A stretch of DNA of 64,000 nt from the human T2T-CHM13v2.0 reference genome, Homo sapiens: NCBI RefSeq assembly GCF_009914755.1, contig NC_060926.1. One strand, 5' to 3'. Made by a program: the position numbers and the translations under genes. Shown piece by piece: positions 15,135-30,073 of this stretch. Under the pieces are notes generated by a model. That model was not told where the DNA came from, ran no database searches, and worked only from the letters and a program-made list of their open reading frames with translations. Each line of letters starts with the position of its first letter. Within the stretch, counting starts at the first letter, position 1.

Positions 15135-15432
15135 TTTTTTTTTTTTTTAAACAGGATCTCACTCTGTCTCACTGGTTGGAGTGTAATAGTGCAATCATAG
15201 CTCACTGCAGCCTTAACTTCTCATGCTCAATCGATCCTCCCACCTCAGCCTCCCCAGTAGCTGTGACTACAGGCGTGCACCACCATGCCCAGCTAATTTT
15301 TTAAATTTTCTGTAGAGATGGGGGTCTCAACTCTGTGGCCCAGGGTAGACTTGAACTTCTAGACTCAAGCAATCCTCCCACCTTGGCCTCCCAAAGTGCT
15401 GGGATTACAGATGTGAGCCACTGTGCTCAGCC
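15135..15432 (-). mobile_element. Alu (AluJ-like)
   Basis: Dimer with poly-T. Confidence 0.88.
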
Positions 15433-15572
15433 TTTTGTTTTTGTTTTTGCTTTTTTACAAAAATATCCTCCAAAGACAGTTCACAGAAAAAGAAAAGAAA
15501 GCCTGGGAAACAAATGAAAAGATGTTCAGCCCTATATATAACAAGAAAAATTAAAATTAAAACTTATACCAG

Positions 15573-15875
15573 GGCCAGGCATGGTGGCTCACACCTGTAA
15601 TCCCAGCGCTTTGGGAGGCTGAGACAGGAGGATCACTTGAGGCAGAAGTTCGTGACCAGACAGGGAAACATAGCAAGACCTTGTCTCTACAAAAAAATTT
15701 AAAAATTAGCCAGGCATGGTGGTGCATGCTTATAGTCCCAGCTACTCGGGAGGCTGAGACAGGAGGATCACTTGAGACTAGGAGCTCAAGGCTGCAGTGA
15801 CCTATGATCATGCCACTTACACTCTAGCCTGGGTGACAGAGTGAGACCCTGTCTGGACACAAAATAAACAAAAAA
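15573..15875 (+). mobile_element. Alu (AluJ-like) within an old L1 3' fragment (~15450-16500)
   Basis: Dimer; TSD cttatacca. Confidence 0.88.
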
Positions 15876-16504
15876 CTCCTTATACCAAAAGACCATTTTT
15901 TACCCATCAGGTTGGCAGAAATAATTTTTTTAAAGTTTGGTTATAATGTATGTTGGAAGAGTGTGGGGGAAGAGGCATTTCCTACATTGCTGGTGGAAGT
16001 ACAAATTGGTTCTACATCTAGGGAAGGCAAATTGGCAGTGTTGATCAAAATGACAAGTGCCAAATGACAAGAGCAATATTTTATAATCCAACAATTACAC
16101 TTTTAGGAATTTATTCTCCAAATAGTCTCACACATGGAAATGACATCATTCAGGTACCATTGTTCTCTCTTTCTTTATTTATTTTCAGACAAGGGTCAAA
16201 GCATGATTTTTTAAATTTTACTTTTAGTAAAGACAAGGTCTCACTGTGTTGCGCAGGCTGATCTCGAACGCCTGGGCTCAAGCAATTCCTCAGCCTCCCA
16301 CAGTGCTGGGAGTATAGGCATGAACCACCGCGCCCAGCCCACATACTGCTGTTTTTAATAACAAGAAGAAACAACCTAAATACCCAACAGTAGGAGACTT
16401 GGTTAAATAAATTATAGTAAGTCCACACAGTGGACTACTATGCAGCAGTAAAAAAAAAAAGTGAGGAAGCTTTTTACATAGTGAATCAATAACCCTCTAT
16501 ATAC

Positions 16505-17730
<1,226 letters not shown>

Positions 17731-19545
17731 GCATTTCCTTGATTTTGATTCTGTTGTTTGGAGGCCAGTGGCTAGCTTCTCTCCATCTCTCTGCACCTGG
17801 CTCCTTCCTCAGTGGCCTCTGGCATTTCCTACACTAGCCCCTACACCCCTTGTCTCAGGTTGGGTTGGACTAGCCCATCATGGAGGGCTGAAGTCAGAAA
17901 ACACCCCCGCTCAGCTGTGTCTGTTGTCAAGGCAACTAAGGAGCCCTGCAGGAAAGCCCAGGGGTCCAGCTCCCAAGTCTCCTGCCACCTGTGGTGCACT
18001 GAGTCCTTGGGGCACTGGGGGGGGTGGGGGTTATGTCAGTCACATAACCTCTGTCACTATAGCACTCTGGTGCAACTTCTCCAGGGACCAGGGCCCAGGG
18101 AGCTCGGTCTACAGAGGAGCAGCTGGCTAGCTTTTCTCCACGGTTCTGGGGGAGGGCCCAGCTAGTTGAAGTCACACATTTGTTGAGCTAAAGTGACCAC
18201 ACCTTGGGATCTCACTCTGCTCATCTCACTCCTGTATGTTTATCTTCTTACCAAAAGCCATCCTGATTGCTCCCTCTGAGGTGATGGACAGAGAAAATTT
18301 TCCCTCCAAGGACTGACAGAGAAAGAACAACGGAGATGTGGTCGTCTGCTGGCATCCATTAACTTGTGCAACTAGCAAAGCACCGAGTCCACAGGGAAAA
18401 GGGAGAGAAAGTGTAAATGAAGGTGCAATTGTGTGTGGAAGGCTGAGTGTGGTCACAGGAAAATTGCCTCATCCTTGTATTGAAATGCATCTTTCATCCC
18501 TCAACCCCAGGTTCTAAGTAGGTTCCCTCTCCCTCTCCTCAGCCAGCACCCTCATGCCACCATCATCTCTCACTTAGACCACAGCTTTATCCTCCTGACA
18601 TGTTTACCCCACTCCAAATCATTTTGCAGATATTTTAAACATAAATCAGATTATATCATTAATCTGCTTCAAACCCTTGAACGGCCCTCCATTGATATCA
18701 TGATAAAAACCCAAACTGTTCATCCCCCAAGCCCCTACTTTACCTTGCACCACATCCCCCTCACTATCCAATTTCAAGCTACCTCAGCTGTTCATCACAC
18801 TGGCCCCTTACCCTGGGGCACTCCTCCCTCCACTGCCCCCATCCCTCATTTCCATTCCCCTTCATCCTCCACACCTTATTGCAAACATCACTTCCCCAAG
18901 GAAACCTGCCCCAATCAAAAAATCTAAATTAGACCATGAGATATATTTTCTTAAAGCTCCTGTACACACTCCCCAATTCATAATCATATAGTTTTCTGAT
19001 CATTTTATAGTGTCTGTTTACCTCACTACATTGTAAATTCCTTGGAGGTAAACATGATATTATTTTGCTCACTGTTGTATCCCCAGTGTTCTGCACAGTG
19101 ACCAGCATGTAGTAGGTGCTCAATAAATCTTTACGGAATTGATGAATGAAATCCACTTCTCCTATACTCCATTCTCAGAGACAGATATTATCATTTAGTC
19201 TTTGCTCACGCCAGAAACCAGGGAGCCAGCCTTGATGACTTTTTCCCCTCATTCCCCATGTTGTTGTTCACCAAGTGCTGTGGATTTCACCTGGTAAATA
19301 TCTCTCAAATCCATCCCTCTTCTATATTCATCTATCCAGTTTCTGAGTTATTGCAATAGCCCCACACTGGCCTCCTTGACTCCAGCATTGTCCCCTCCAA
19401 GCCATTTTCCACACTAACAGAAGAAGTGTGTGATGTCTGCAATGCACATCTGATTAAGTCATAAAGCTGCCTTCGTGATAAAATTCCAATATAGACCCTT
19501 AGGAGGATGTAGCAGATCTGTTACTGACCCTGCCAGCATCCCCAG

Positions 19546-19982
19546 TGTCTTAGTTCGTTTCATGTTGCTGTAACGGAATACCTGAGACTGGGGAATTTAT
19601 AAAGAAAGGAGGTCTATTTGGCTCATGATTTTGGTGTCTGGAAGGTTCGAGACTGGGCAGCTAGTGAGGGTCTCACACTGCTTCAACGCATGGTAGGAAG
19701 CAGAAGGGGAGTGGGTGAGTGCAAAGAGATCACATAGTGAGAGAGGAAGCAAGAAAGAGAAACTGAGGAAGCCAGATTCTTTTTAACAACCTGATCTCCA
19801 GGAATTAATCCATTCCCGAGAGAGTGAGTGAGAAAACTCACTCACCCCTAAAAGAGGACATTAAACTACTGCCTTCATGACACAAACACCTCCCACTAGG
19901 CCCCACCTCCCAACACTGCCACATTGGGGATCACATTTCAACATGAGTTTTGGTGAGGACACATTGCAACCAAACCATAGCA
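19546..19982 (-). mobile_element. MST (MaLR) solo LTR
   Basis: TG...CA ends; ggaatacctgagactgggg...ggccccacctcccaacactgcc...aaccatagca. Confidence 0.88.
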
Positions 19983-21089
19983 CCAGCCTCACGGGGCTCC
20001 ATTCATAGCCTACACCTGGCCATAGGAAGCCACATGTTTCTCAAACAAACCATTCACTTTAATGCTTCTGGGCTTTGCAGACCACTCTAACTTCTACACT
20101 TAATTACCCACTACTCATCCTTGAAGATGACTTCTGGGAAGGCTTTCCTGATCTCTCCCCACAACAACATGGAATGAGATCCGCATCCCACATGTCCTCC
20201 CTAGACTCTGTGCCAGCCTTTATCACAGCATGAAACACACTGAGGTATAATGTCAGCCTACTCAGCCATCTCCTCTATTTTGAAACCTTGAGAAGAATAG
20301 TCTTCCCTTATTCCTCTGTTTCCAGTATTCAGTAATGTGTCCCAGTAGTGTTTTACCACTTCCAGAGCATATTCATATGCTTTATCTGGTTCTACCCTCT
20401 CAACAACTCTATGAGGTAGATAAGACAGACATTCTTATCCCAAATTCCAGAAAGGAGTTACTGATTGCACTCTGAGCCCATGGCAAGATAAGCCCCCAGT
20501 CCCCTGTGTTCCCAAGTCTAATGCTCATGCCTCTGGATAAGTATTTACCAGGTGATCCTCTGCTCAGATCCAGAATGCTGGGCTGGGCTCACGTACTCAC
20601 GCTGCAAATTGGAGAACCTCAGGAGAATCTGGCCAGCCTAAGAAAGACGACTCAGGTGCTGACATTTGAGTTCCCTGGTGAAACATCTGGGCCCCTCCCC
20701 TGCCCCCAGTTCACTTACCACTGGAGGACTGGGAGAACACTTTTCGCTCTCACTGGCCCACTGGTCAGTGAGTGCCCACCTCTCTCTCTCTCTCACACAC
20801 TCACACAGACACACACGCATATGACTTCCAATCAACTCTCTAATGCTCCTCTGGATAGCTAAGCATCACCAGACATTTGAAGAAACCCTCCAACATGAAA
20901 AACAGAGACCATGATAAACAGGAAATAAAGGAACTCAATGGAAACAGACACAATATAAGAAGTAGAAGGAAACTAAAACAAGCAAACAAGAAACCCCTCA
21001 AATTCCCACCATTAATAACATACACAGGGAGATAGCTTTGTTAAGAAGAACATATCTTACCCATGATATAAGATGAGAATTTGTTTTTA

Positions 21090-22150
21090 TTTCTGTAACA
21101 GCTTCATTGGGACAAAATCCACATGTCATACAATTCACACATTTAAAGTGTACAATTCAATGTTTTTAGTATATTCACAAAGTTGTGCAACCATCACTAC
21201 AATTAATGTTAAAACATTTTCATCACCTCGAAAAGAAAACCCATACCTTTTCCCTATCCAGCCTTAAGCAACCACTAATTCACTTTCTGTCTCTATAGAT
21301 TTCTCTATTCTGGACATTTCATGTAAATAGGATGATATGATATACAACATTTTGGCTTCTGCCACTTAACAATGTTTTTAAGTTTCACCAAGTTGTATCA
21401 GTACTTCATTTCTTTTTATGGCTGAATAATATTCCATTATATAAATATACCACAAAGTGTTTATTCATTTGTTCGCTGATGGGCATTTGAGTCGTTTCTA
21501 CCTTTTGACTATTATGAATAATGTTGCTATAAAAATTTATGTAAAATGTTTTGTGTTGACATATGTTTCATTTTCCTTAGGTACATACGCAGAAGCACAA
21601 TTGCCAGGTCAATTAGTAACTCTACGTTTAACACTTGAAGAACTGAGGAACTGACAGACTGTTTTCCAAAGAAGCAGTCCCATTTTCTTATATTCCCACC
21701 AGCAATGCATGAGGATTCCAGTGTTTCCCTATCTTCACCAACCCTTATTATTATCTGACTTTCATTTTATCGTAGTGGGGTGAAGTGGTGTTTCATAGTG
21801 AAACATAGTTTTGATTTGCATTTCCCTGATGATGTTGAGCATCATCATGTGCTCATTATTAAATTTGTTTGGGGGAATGTCCATTCAGATCTTTTGCCCA
21901 TTTTTTAATTTTTTTTTTTTGAGACAGGGTCTTGCTCTGTTGCCCAGGCTGGAATACAGTGGGCAGTGGTGCAATCATGGCTCACTGCAGCTTCAGACTT
22001 CTAAACTCAAATGATCCTCCCACCTCAGCCTTCAGAGTGGCTGGGACTACCAACACATGCTACCATGCCCAGATAATTTTTTAACTTATTGTAGAGACAG
22101 GGTCTGACATTGCCTAGGCTGGTGCAATCAAGTTCTTTATCAGATATTTG
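21090..22150 (-). mobile_element. Old L1 (L1MB-like) 3' end with a truncated Alu (~21910-22125)
   Basis: tttaaagtgtacaattcaatg...gttgtgcaaccatcac...cccaccagcaatgcatgagg. Confidence 0.82.
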
Positions 22151-22186
22151 ATTTGCAAATTTTTTTTCAAATAAAAAATGATGACC

Positions 22187-22495
22187 AGGGGCAGTGGCTC
22201 ACGCTTGTAATCCTAGCACTTTGGGAGGCGAGGCAGACCAATCACTTGAAGTTAGAAGTTCAAGACCAGCCTGGCCAACATGGCAAAACCCCGTCTCTAT
22301 TAACAATACAAAAATTAGCCAGGCATGCTGGTGCACACCTGTAGTCCCAGCTATTCGGGAGGCTGAGGCATGAGAATTGCTTGAACCCCAGGATGCAGAG
22401 GTTGCAGCGAGCTGAGATCACACCACTGCACTCCAGCCTGGGTGACAGAGTGAGACTCATCTCCAAAACAAAAACAAAACAAAACAAAACAAAAG
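22187..22495 (+). mobile_element. Alu (AluS-like)
   Basis: Dimer with (CAAAA)n tail. Confidence 0.88.
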
Positions 22496-22864
22496 ATGAA
22501 GCGGTAACTCAGGAAACCTTTATATTATTGTATTATTCATAAATCAAAATAAACCTTTGTAAAACAAAATAACTAAGTTTCTAAACATTCAGTATATAGA
22601 GTAGCTGCTTAAATAATTTATATCTGGAATGGACTCAAGTACAGAAAATTCACTGTGTATTAACAACAGTGGTGTCTTAATGAAAGCCAGTGCTGTGTTG
22701 TTCATCTTGTTGGAGGCAGTGTGGCAGAATGATGCAAAGCTGACTCTGAAGCCAGACTAGAGACCAAAGGATTTTGAGAACAGGGAGACCTCTCCTACCT
22801 GTGCAGGTACATGAAAGGCAAGGCTCCTCCGGACTGTACATCGGTGGAAAACCTTTAGATTCTG

Positions 22865-22878
22865 CTGCCACCTTGTGG
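22865..22878 (-). promoter_or_regulatory. CTCF core motif
   Basis: Reverse complement reads CCACAAGGTGGCAG. Confidence 0.6.
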
Positions 22879-23316
22879 TGGTCAGATTACAACATGGTGC
22901 CCCATGCTCTTGGGTTTTGCTAGGGCTCCTGCTTCATTCAGGTCTATTGTAGGGACAAAAAAAAAAAAAAAAAAAAGACGAAGGCAAGCATACATAGTAT
23001 TTTGTATATGCATTAAACAAGAATAGACAAAAAAAATTGTTTAAGCATGAGAGATTATAGCATAATGATAAGACCAGTATCTTTGGAGCTATTCTAACTT
23101 CATTTATACCCCAAACTTCATTTATACTCCTGACTCAGCATTGGACTAGCTGTTTGATGCTGGGCAAGTCACTCTTACCCCTCTGTGAGCACTGTCTATT
23201 AAGTGGCAATAATAATAGTACCTCTCTCATGATGAGAGGTTAAATGAGGCAGTGATTGTTTGGCACTGAGTTCCTGGCATATGATTCTTGGTTAATAACA
23301 AATGATTGATATAGGT

Positions 23317-23691
23317 TGTATTAGTCCGTTTTCATACTGCTATAAAGAACTGCCTGAGACTGGGTAATTTATAAAGAAAACAGGTTTAATTGATTCACAG
23401 TTCAGCATGGCTGGGGAGACCTCAGGAAACTTACCATCACGGTGTAAGGTGAAGGAGAAACAAGGACCTTCACGAGGTGGCAGGAAGGAGAAGTGCCGAG
23501 CGAAGGGGGAAGAGCCTCTTACAAAACCATTAGATCTCCTGAGAACTCACTCACTATCATGAGAACAGCCTGGGGGAATCTGCTTCCATGATTCAATTAC
23601 CTCCACCTGGTCTCTCCCTTGACACGTAGGGATTATGGGGACTACGATTCAAGACGATATTTGGGTGGGGACACAAACCCTAACCATATCA
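23317..23691 (-). mobile_element. THE1 (THE1D-like) solo LTR
   Basis: tgtattagtccgttttcatactgctataaagaac...aaccatatca; 5-bp TSD taggt/ttggt. Confidence 0.9.
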
Positions 23692-25279
23692 TTGGTGAAC
23701 AAGGAAATCAGGCTAGTTCCTTTCTGGGAGCCTTTTCCTTTTTTTTTTTTTTTTTTTTTTTTATGTTGGGTGCAAAATTGGAACTAACCAAAATTCTTGG
23801 TTTATAATGCATGTTCATCACTGGTCATGGAACACACACAAAAAAATGTGCTTGTGTGTTGGGAATGGATGCCTAGAAACTATCTGGATGCAACAGTTTA
23901 GTGTAATTCCAGGATTGAAAGAATACAACACACACCCACTTGTGAACACACATACATATATACACACATACACTCACACAAAAGGGGAAGCACATTCCAA
24001 TTGGTTACAGTAACTCATTTCATCCTTATGCCAATTTTGTCCTAAAGGAGGACCGTTCCCTATCTTATCTAGGATATGCAGGTATGGAACCTGCAGGATT
24101 TCAAGGTCACCTTTAAATCTAGTGGGCATGAGCTTTAACCTATGAGGAAGGATGCATTCTGACTCTTTTTTAGAAGGATACAGTGAGCAAAGTGGAGGGA
24201 GTAAGACCCCCTACTGAGACAGATGGCTAAGCCCTTCCTGAAGGATAAGGTAAATAAGGGGTTGGCATTTTGCATTTTCTTCTAGTGAAATTTGTCTTTC
24301 AGTATTTAAAAATAGCTAACTCTGTTCTTTTATGAATTATTTTCATAGTTATGTCTTTACTCTCTTTTTAAGGGCTTTTTTATTTTTCTAAAATTCAAAG
24401 TTGAATATTCAGTTTATTAATTCTCTCTCAGCTAACAAAAACTCTTAAAGCTGTGAAATGACATATGAAAACACAGCTTTGTCATGTATCTCACACTTAA
24501 AATGTTGCATTTTCTTATTCATTTTTTCTCTAAAGAATCTGATATGGTCATCTTGATTTCTCTATGACTCTCGTGCTATTGGATAATTTTCCCTCTTTTT
24601 TGATTTTCACGTGGCTGGTTTTCAGGTTGTTTTGTTTTGAGGTATTCACTGGTTACAATGTGGCTAGAGGGTGTGGTCTATATCACTTCTGCTTCTGGAA
24701 ATTTATTGAAATTTCTTATATGCAGTCCATTTTTATGACTATCTGTAGCTGATATGCTTTTCACAGGCCACAGGTTCAAGTTTGGTTAGAAAATGTAACA
24801 TTATTTTCTATTACACAGTTTTCCTCTATTTTGAATATCCATTACTCCTAATGCATGTGCCCACAGACATTTTAAAATATAATTAAAAAAATAAAAACCA
24901 CAACAAACCACCAACCACACACACACCTAATGTTAGTCATCTCCAGGTAAACTCAGTAATTTTTTTCCAAGATTTTCCCAGTTAGTGTTTCCCCTTTTCC
25001 CAGGGGGTTGGATCTAAGTCGTGGAGGTACTTTAGTAGCATTAAGGGAGGGTCATCTGAATGTTCTGGGGTCATCACCTTTCCACTTTAGTATCCATTGA
25101 GATGTACGTCATCTTCCCCTCCCAGCCTTTGTCGCCTTCCACAAACTTTGCAGACATTAGCTTAGTGACCTGTTTCCCACGTTTCCTAGTTCTGGGCACA
25201 TGCATTTCTCCATCGGACCTCAAGGCCACTTCCACTCTCCCAGCCACCTGAGTGCCCCTCTTGGGCAAAGGGAACTCTT

Positions 25280-26330
25280 TGCATATTCTCGCGAGCAACT
25301 CTAGTATCTGAGGAAACGTGAGGCTGACCAATCTCCTCCAGTCCTTTGACAACCTTAATTGTTTGCGCGGCTACTGTGGGCTGACTTCTGCAAGGCTTAT
25401 TGATTCCCTGTTTGTTCCGGAAATGTGCACTTGATGTGATCTCACATCTCTAGCTGGGGGGATTTTCATACCCCATTCAGGGCAGTTTCAACCCCTGAGA
25501 GCAGGTGCAGTGGACAAAGGGCACAGCCCCTTCCCAGAGACCCACGCTGCATCAGACTCTCGGTCTTACCGACGTCGCTAGTCCTGAGGCTGCTCGCCCC
25601 AACCCACCAGGTCCCGGCTGCGCTTTGGCGCCACCTAGTGGTGTCTTGGCGGCTCTGGCGTAAGCCGGCTTAGGATGCTGAGGGTGCTGTTGGGAAGGAG
25701 TCTCCGCCAGGCGGGGCCTCCCAGCGGAGCTACGAGCTCTCCAGGATCCGCCCGGTTACCGATGGCACTTGCTTTCTTGGCGGCTTCTGGGGAGACCGGG
25801 CAACGAGAGCACCGAGGACACAAAGGTCCACTTTCTACTTCTGGGTTTCCAAAAATAAGGCGGCCTGAGTTTTCAGCGCCTGGTCTTCCCACCACACCCT
25901 ACCAAAGAAAGGAAATCACCTGGCGTAGGAAACAAGCCCTACCTTGCGCTTGTTTTCAGAATTCACAGATGGTGCAGGCGTGTTACCGTCGGGTTTACCC
26001 ACTATCCCTCTATGCGTGTTGTGGGCACCTGAAAAGGAGGTGATAGCCCCTCTCTGTAAATGTGCAATTCCCCCTGCCCAGCCAAGGGAGACGCCAGGAT
26101 GCAGAGTGCCAGGGTCAGGCAGGGCAGGAACCCAGGCTGCCGCAGCCGAAGGAGAGAAACCAAAGTTCCAGCCAACCCAGCCAAGCGAAGTGTAGCCAAG
26201 AGCTGGGAAGGAGAGAAACGGGAACCCGAACGAAGTCCCAAAGGAAGAGGCCTACATCAGAGCCCAAGCGTTCAAAGCAGCAAACAGGAGACGTGGCTGG
26301 AGGGGTTCCCTGAGTCACAGAGGCTGGCTT
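25280..26330. promoter_or_regulatory. Orphan CpG-rich element with a near-perfect CTCF motif at 25628-25641 (-)
   Basis: Many intact CpGs in non-repeat sequence; gcgccacctagtgg is the reverse complement of CCACTAGGTGGCGC. Confidence 0.65.
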
Positions 26331-26554
26331 CTCATAGGGAGGGGCCCCAGGAGAATATAGGCCACTGAATTTTTTCCTTAAGTTTTATTTTGTCTGATAT
26401 TAAATTTGCTAAACTTCTTTATACCCAACTTTTAAAACAATATATTATCTTTACTGTGGAAAAATGTGGAAAATTGGGGAAAACACATCTTGTATAACAC
26501 GTAGAAAGGCTGCTGTTTATTTGTGTGCATGTGTGTGTGTATATATATATACAT

Positions 26555-26978
26555 GTTTTCTAGGGATGCTGGGACAAATTACCACAAACTGGGTGACAAC
26601 ACAGATTTATTCTCTGCCATTTATGGAGAAAAAAGGCTGAACTCAAGATGTCTGCAGGGCTACCCTCCCTCCAAGGGCCCTAGAGGAGAATTTTTCTTGC
26701 TTCTTCCAGCTTTTGGTGACTCCAGGAGTTCCTTGGCTTGTAGCTGCATAACTCCAATCTTGGTATCCATCCTCACATGGCCATGGCTTTCTCTGTGTCT
26801 GTGTCTTCTCTTCTGTCTCCTATATAAGGATCGTTAAATTTAGGACTCATCCAGATAATCTAGGATGAGCTCATCTCAAGATCATTAACTCAATTATATC
26901 TACAAAGATACTATTGAGGAGCGTGGGTATTAGGACATGGATGGATATTTTTACAGGTCATGATTCAACCCATTACAG
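26555..26978 (-). mobile_element. MLT1 (MaLR) solo LTR flanked by TG/TA microsatellite
   Basis: acaaattaccacaaactgggtg...tctcaagatcattaact...ttcaacccattaca. Confidence 0.85.
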
Positions 26979-27205
26979 TGTATGTGCGTGTGTGTGTGTA
27001 TATATGTATATGTTTTATGCACATATATATGGAGAAACAGAAAAAAACAAGCTACGATTCTACTATTCACATTTTGACGCATTTTCTTCAGGTGTTGGTG
27101 TTGGTTTTATGCAGAAATAAAACTTTTAAATGAAATTTAATTCATAGATGATATACGGATTTTATTCTATTTTCCATAATGATTTTTCCATCTTTAAATA
27201 TTAAT

Positions 27206-27353
27206 TTAAAACATAACTCTAATGGTTGCATCATAAACTATCTTAAATGTGCTATATTTTATTTAACCATTCAATTAATATTGAATACATAACTTTTTGG
27301 TGCTATAAATAAATGATGAGGTAGTGAACAAAGTAATAAAAATCTAGCTTCTA
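27206..27353 (+). repeat. 148-bp dispersed direct repeat, copy 1 (copy 2 at 30904-31051)
   Basis: Ungapped manual alignment, 137/148 identical. Confidence 0.92.
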
Positions 27354-27917
27354 AGGAACAATTTGTTGTTTTTGCCACCTCACATCCATTGCCCCTTCTT
27401 CATAATATTACCTTAATTTTTCTTGGGGAACTAACATTTCTCTATTGGCTAATGATTGGCAAGACAATCAATTAAGATGCACTGAATATTTTTAGATTAA
27501 AAAATAGATGTGAAACCTAACTTACGATAGTTGGATGCTCTCTCCATAGCAACTGAATCTTAAGAAAAGTAAGACTGAAAACAGCTGTAGCTGATTCATC
27601 TGGTAGCTGATTCATCCTGTAGCTGATTCATTGTTTTCTGTTACCTGGTTCTCCAGAGCCACCCTGGTTCCTGCCCTTTTGGGGCCTAACTTTTCAGCTT
27701 TCTTTTTCAGTTCTATTAGCTGAACCAAAAATTTATGTTTTATTTTGTCTGAGTTGATTTCTGCTTTTGCAAACAAAGAATCTGAACTTCTACAAGGTGA
27801 ATACTTCTGATTCATTTGTTTTTGGTATTTTTTGCTTTCTAATACAAATATTTAGTAATATAAATTTTCCTCTGAGAACAATTTTGTTGTTATACAAAAT
27901 TGTTTTCTCACTGCTAC

Positions 27918-28221
27918 TTTTTTTTTTTTTTTTTTTTTTGAGTTGGAGTCTTGCTCTGTCGCCCATGCTGGAGTGCCGTGGCGCGATCTCAGCTCACTGC
28001 AACCTCTGCCTCCTGGCAATTCTGCCTCAGCCTCCCAAGTCGCTGGGACTACAGGCACATGCCACCATGCCCGGCTAATTTTTGTATTTTTAAAGATGGG
28101 GTTTAGAGATGGGGTTTCACTGTGTTGCCCAGGCTGGTGTCAAACTCCTGATCTCAAGTGATCTGCTGGCCTCAGCCTCCCAAAGTGCTGGGATTACAGG
28201 CGTGAGTCACCATGCCCGGCC
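27918..28221 (-). mobile_element. Alu (AluS-like) with small internal indels
   Basis: Dimer with poly-T. Confidence 0.88.
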
Positions 28222-28489
28222 TGTTACTATTTTCTGAATAGACTTTTATTGCTTTTACTTGAGTTATTTGGAAAGATGATTTTAGAACACCAATTGATTT
28301 TTTGGACAATTATTTTATTGCTGTTTTTAATTTTGTGACAGTGTATTAAGAGAATTTGGGGTATTTATGGAAATCTTTATGTATATGTTTGTAGATGTTC
28401 TTGAGTAATTGAAAAAATAGCTACACACACACAGCATGTATCTTTTAAGTCAAAGTTTTAACTGTATTGTTCATGTCTTTTGCTATTAC

Positions 28490-30073
28490 CCAATATACCA
28501 AAGCCACACAAACACACTATGAGAAAAAAGTACAGAACAATATCACTTGTGAACATACATGCAAATATGATCAACAAAATACTAGCAAACCAAATCCAGC
28601 AGCACATTAAAAGAATTATACCCATGACCAAGTAGGATTTATCCCAGGGATGGAAGGCTGGTTTAATATATGAAAAGTAATCAGTGAAATACACATTAAA
28701 AGAATAAAAGACCAGCCTGGCCAACACAGTGGAACCCCGTCTCTACCAAAAAATACAAAAATTAACCGGGCATGGTGGCGCATGCCTGTAGTCCCAGCTA
28801 TTCAGGAGGCTGAGGCAGGAGAATCACTTGAACCCAGGAGGCAGAGGTTGCAGTGAGCCAAGATTGCGCCGCTGTACTTCAGCCTGGGCGACCAAGTGAG
28901 AGAGTGAGACTCTGTCTCAAAAAAAAAAAAAAAAAAAAGAGAGAAAACCCCACATGATCATCTCAATTGATGCAGAAAAAGCATTTGACAAAATGCAACA
29001 CTCTTTCATGATAAATACACGCAATAAAATAGGAATAGAGGGGAACTTCTTCAACATGATAAAGGCCATCTACAAAAAACCCACAGCAAACATCACACTC
29101 AATGGTGAAAGACTGAAAGCCTTTACACTGAGATCAAGAACAAGACAAGGATACCCACTTTTGCCACTTCTATTAAACATAGTACTGGAAGTCCTAGTTA
29201 GGACAAGTAGGCAAGAAAATGAAATAAAAGGCAGACAAATTGGAAAAGAAGAAGTAAAATTATCTCTATAAACAGATGACATGATCTTATACACGGAAGA
29301 ACCTAAAAAGTACACACGTGCATGCACACACACATACACATACACAATAGAGCTAATAAGTGAATTCAGCAAAGTTGCGGGATACAAAATCAGCACACAA
29401 AAATTAGTTGTATTTCTATACAGTAGAAATGAACAGTTCAATGAGGAAATTAAGAAAACAATTCCATTTTAAAAACAAAAAGAAGATACTTAGAAATAAA
29501 TTTAACTAAAAAGGGACAAAACTTATTTACTGAAAAAAAACAAAACATTGCTGAAGAAAATTAAGGAAGACTTAAATAAATGGAAAAATATCCCACTTCG
29601 TACATTGGAAAACTCAATATTGTTAAGATATAACAGTACTACCCAAAGTGATACACAGATTTAATGCAATCCCTACCAAAATTCCAATGGCATTTTTTTC
29701 TTTAACTGTTTTATTTTCTCAGAACTGGAAAAACCTTTCCCAAAATTCATATGGAATTTTAAGGGACCCCAAAGAGTCAAAACAATTTTGAAAAAGAACA
29801 AAGTTGAAGGGCTCACACTTCCCAATTTCAAAGTCTTACTACAAAGCCACAGTCATCAAAACATGGTGGTACTGGCATAAGGATAGAGATATAGATCAAT
29901 GGAATAAAGTCAAAATAAATCTTCATATCTATTTGGTTTTTGACAAGGGTGTCAAGACTATTCAATAGGGAAAGGACAGTCTCTTCAATGGTGTTTTGGG
30001 AAAACAGGATATCCACATGCAAAAGAAATGAAGTTGGACCTTTACCTCACACCATATGCAAAAATTAACTCAG
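28490..30073 (+). mobile_element. L1 ORF2 (RT region) fragment with a truncated Alu (~28710-28940); resumes at ~36512-36570
   Basis: ORFs 28954-29271 ([12 protein letters not shown]...[17 protein letters not shown]) and 29281-29472 (LISEFSKVAGYKI) are L1 ORF2. Confidence 0.92.

Noticed and set aside
22957-22976. Orphan A20 run as a retrocopy tail
   Set aside because: No TSD beyond 3 bp and no identifiable upstream body
23739-23762. Orphan T24 run as a retrocopy tail
   Set aside because: No matching TSD or identifiable body found
27585-27632. CRISPR-like array (also considered for 47285-47372)
   Set aside because: Tandem or templated repeats with no unique spacers, in eukaryotic DNA with no cas genes
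28954-29472. Reverse-transcriptase-like ORFs as a novel RT system
   Set aside because: Ordinary dead L1 ORF2 fragments with in-frame stops
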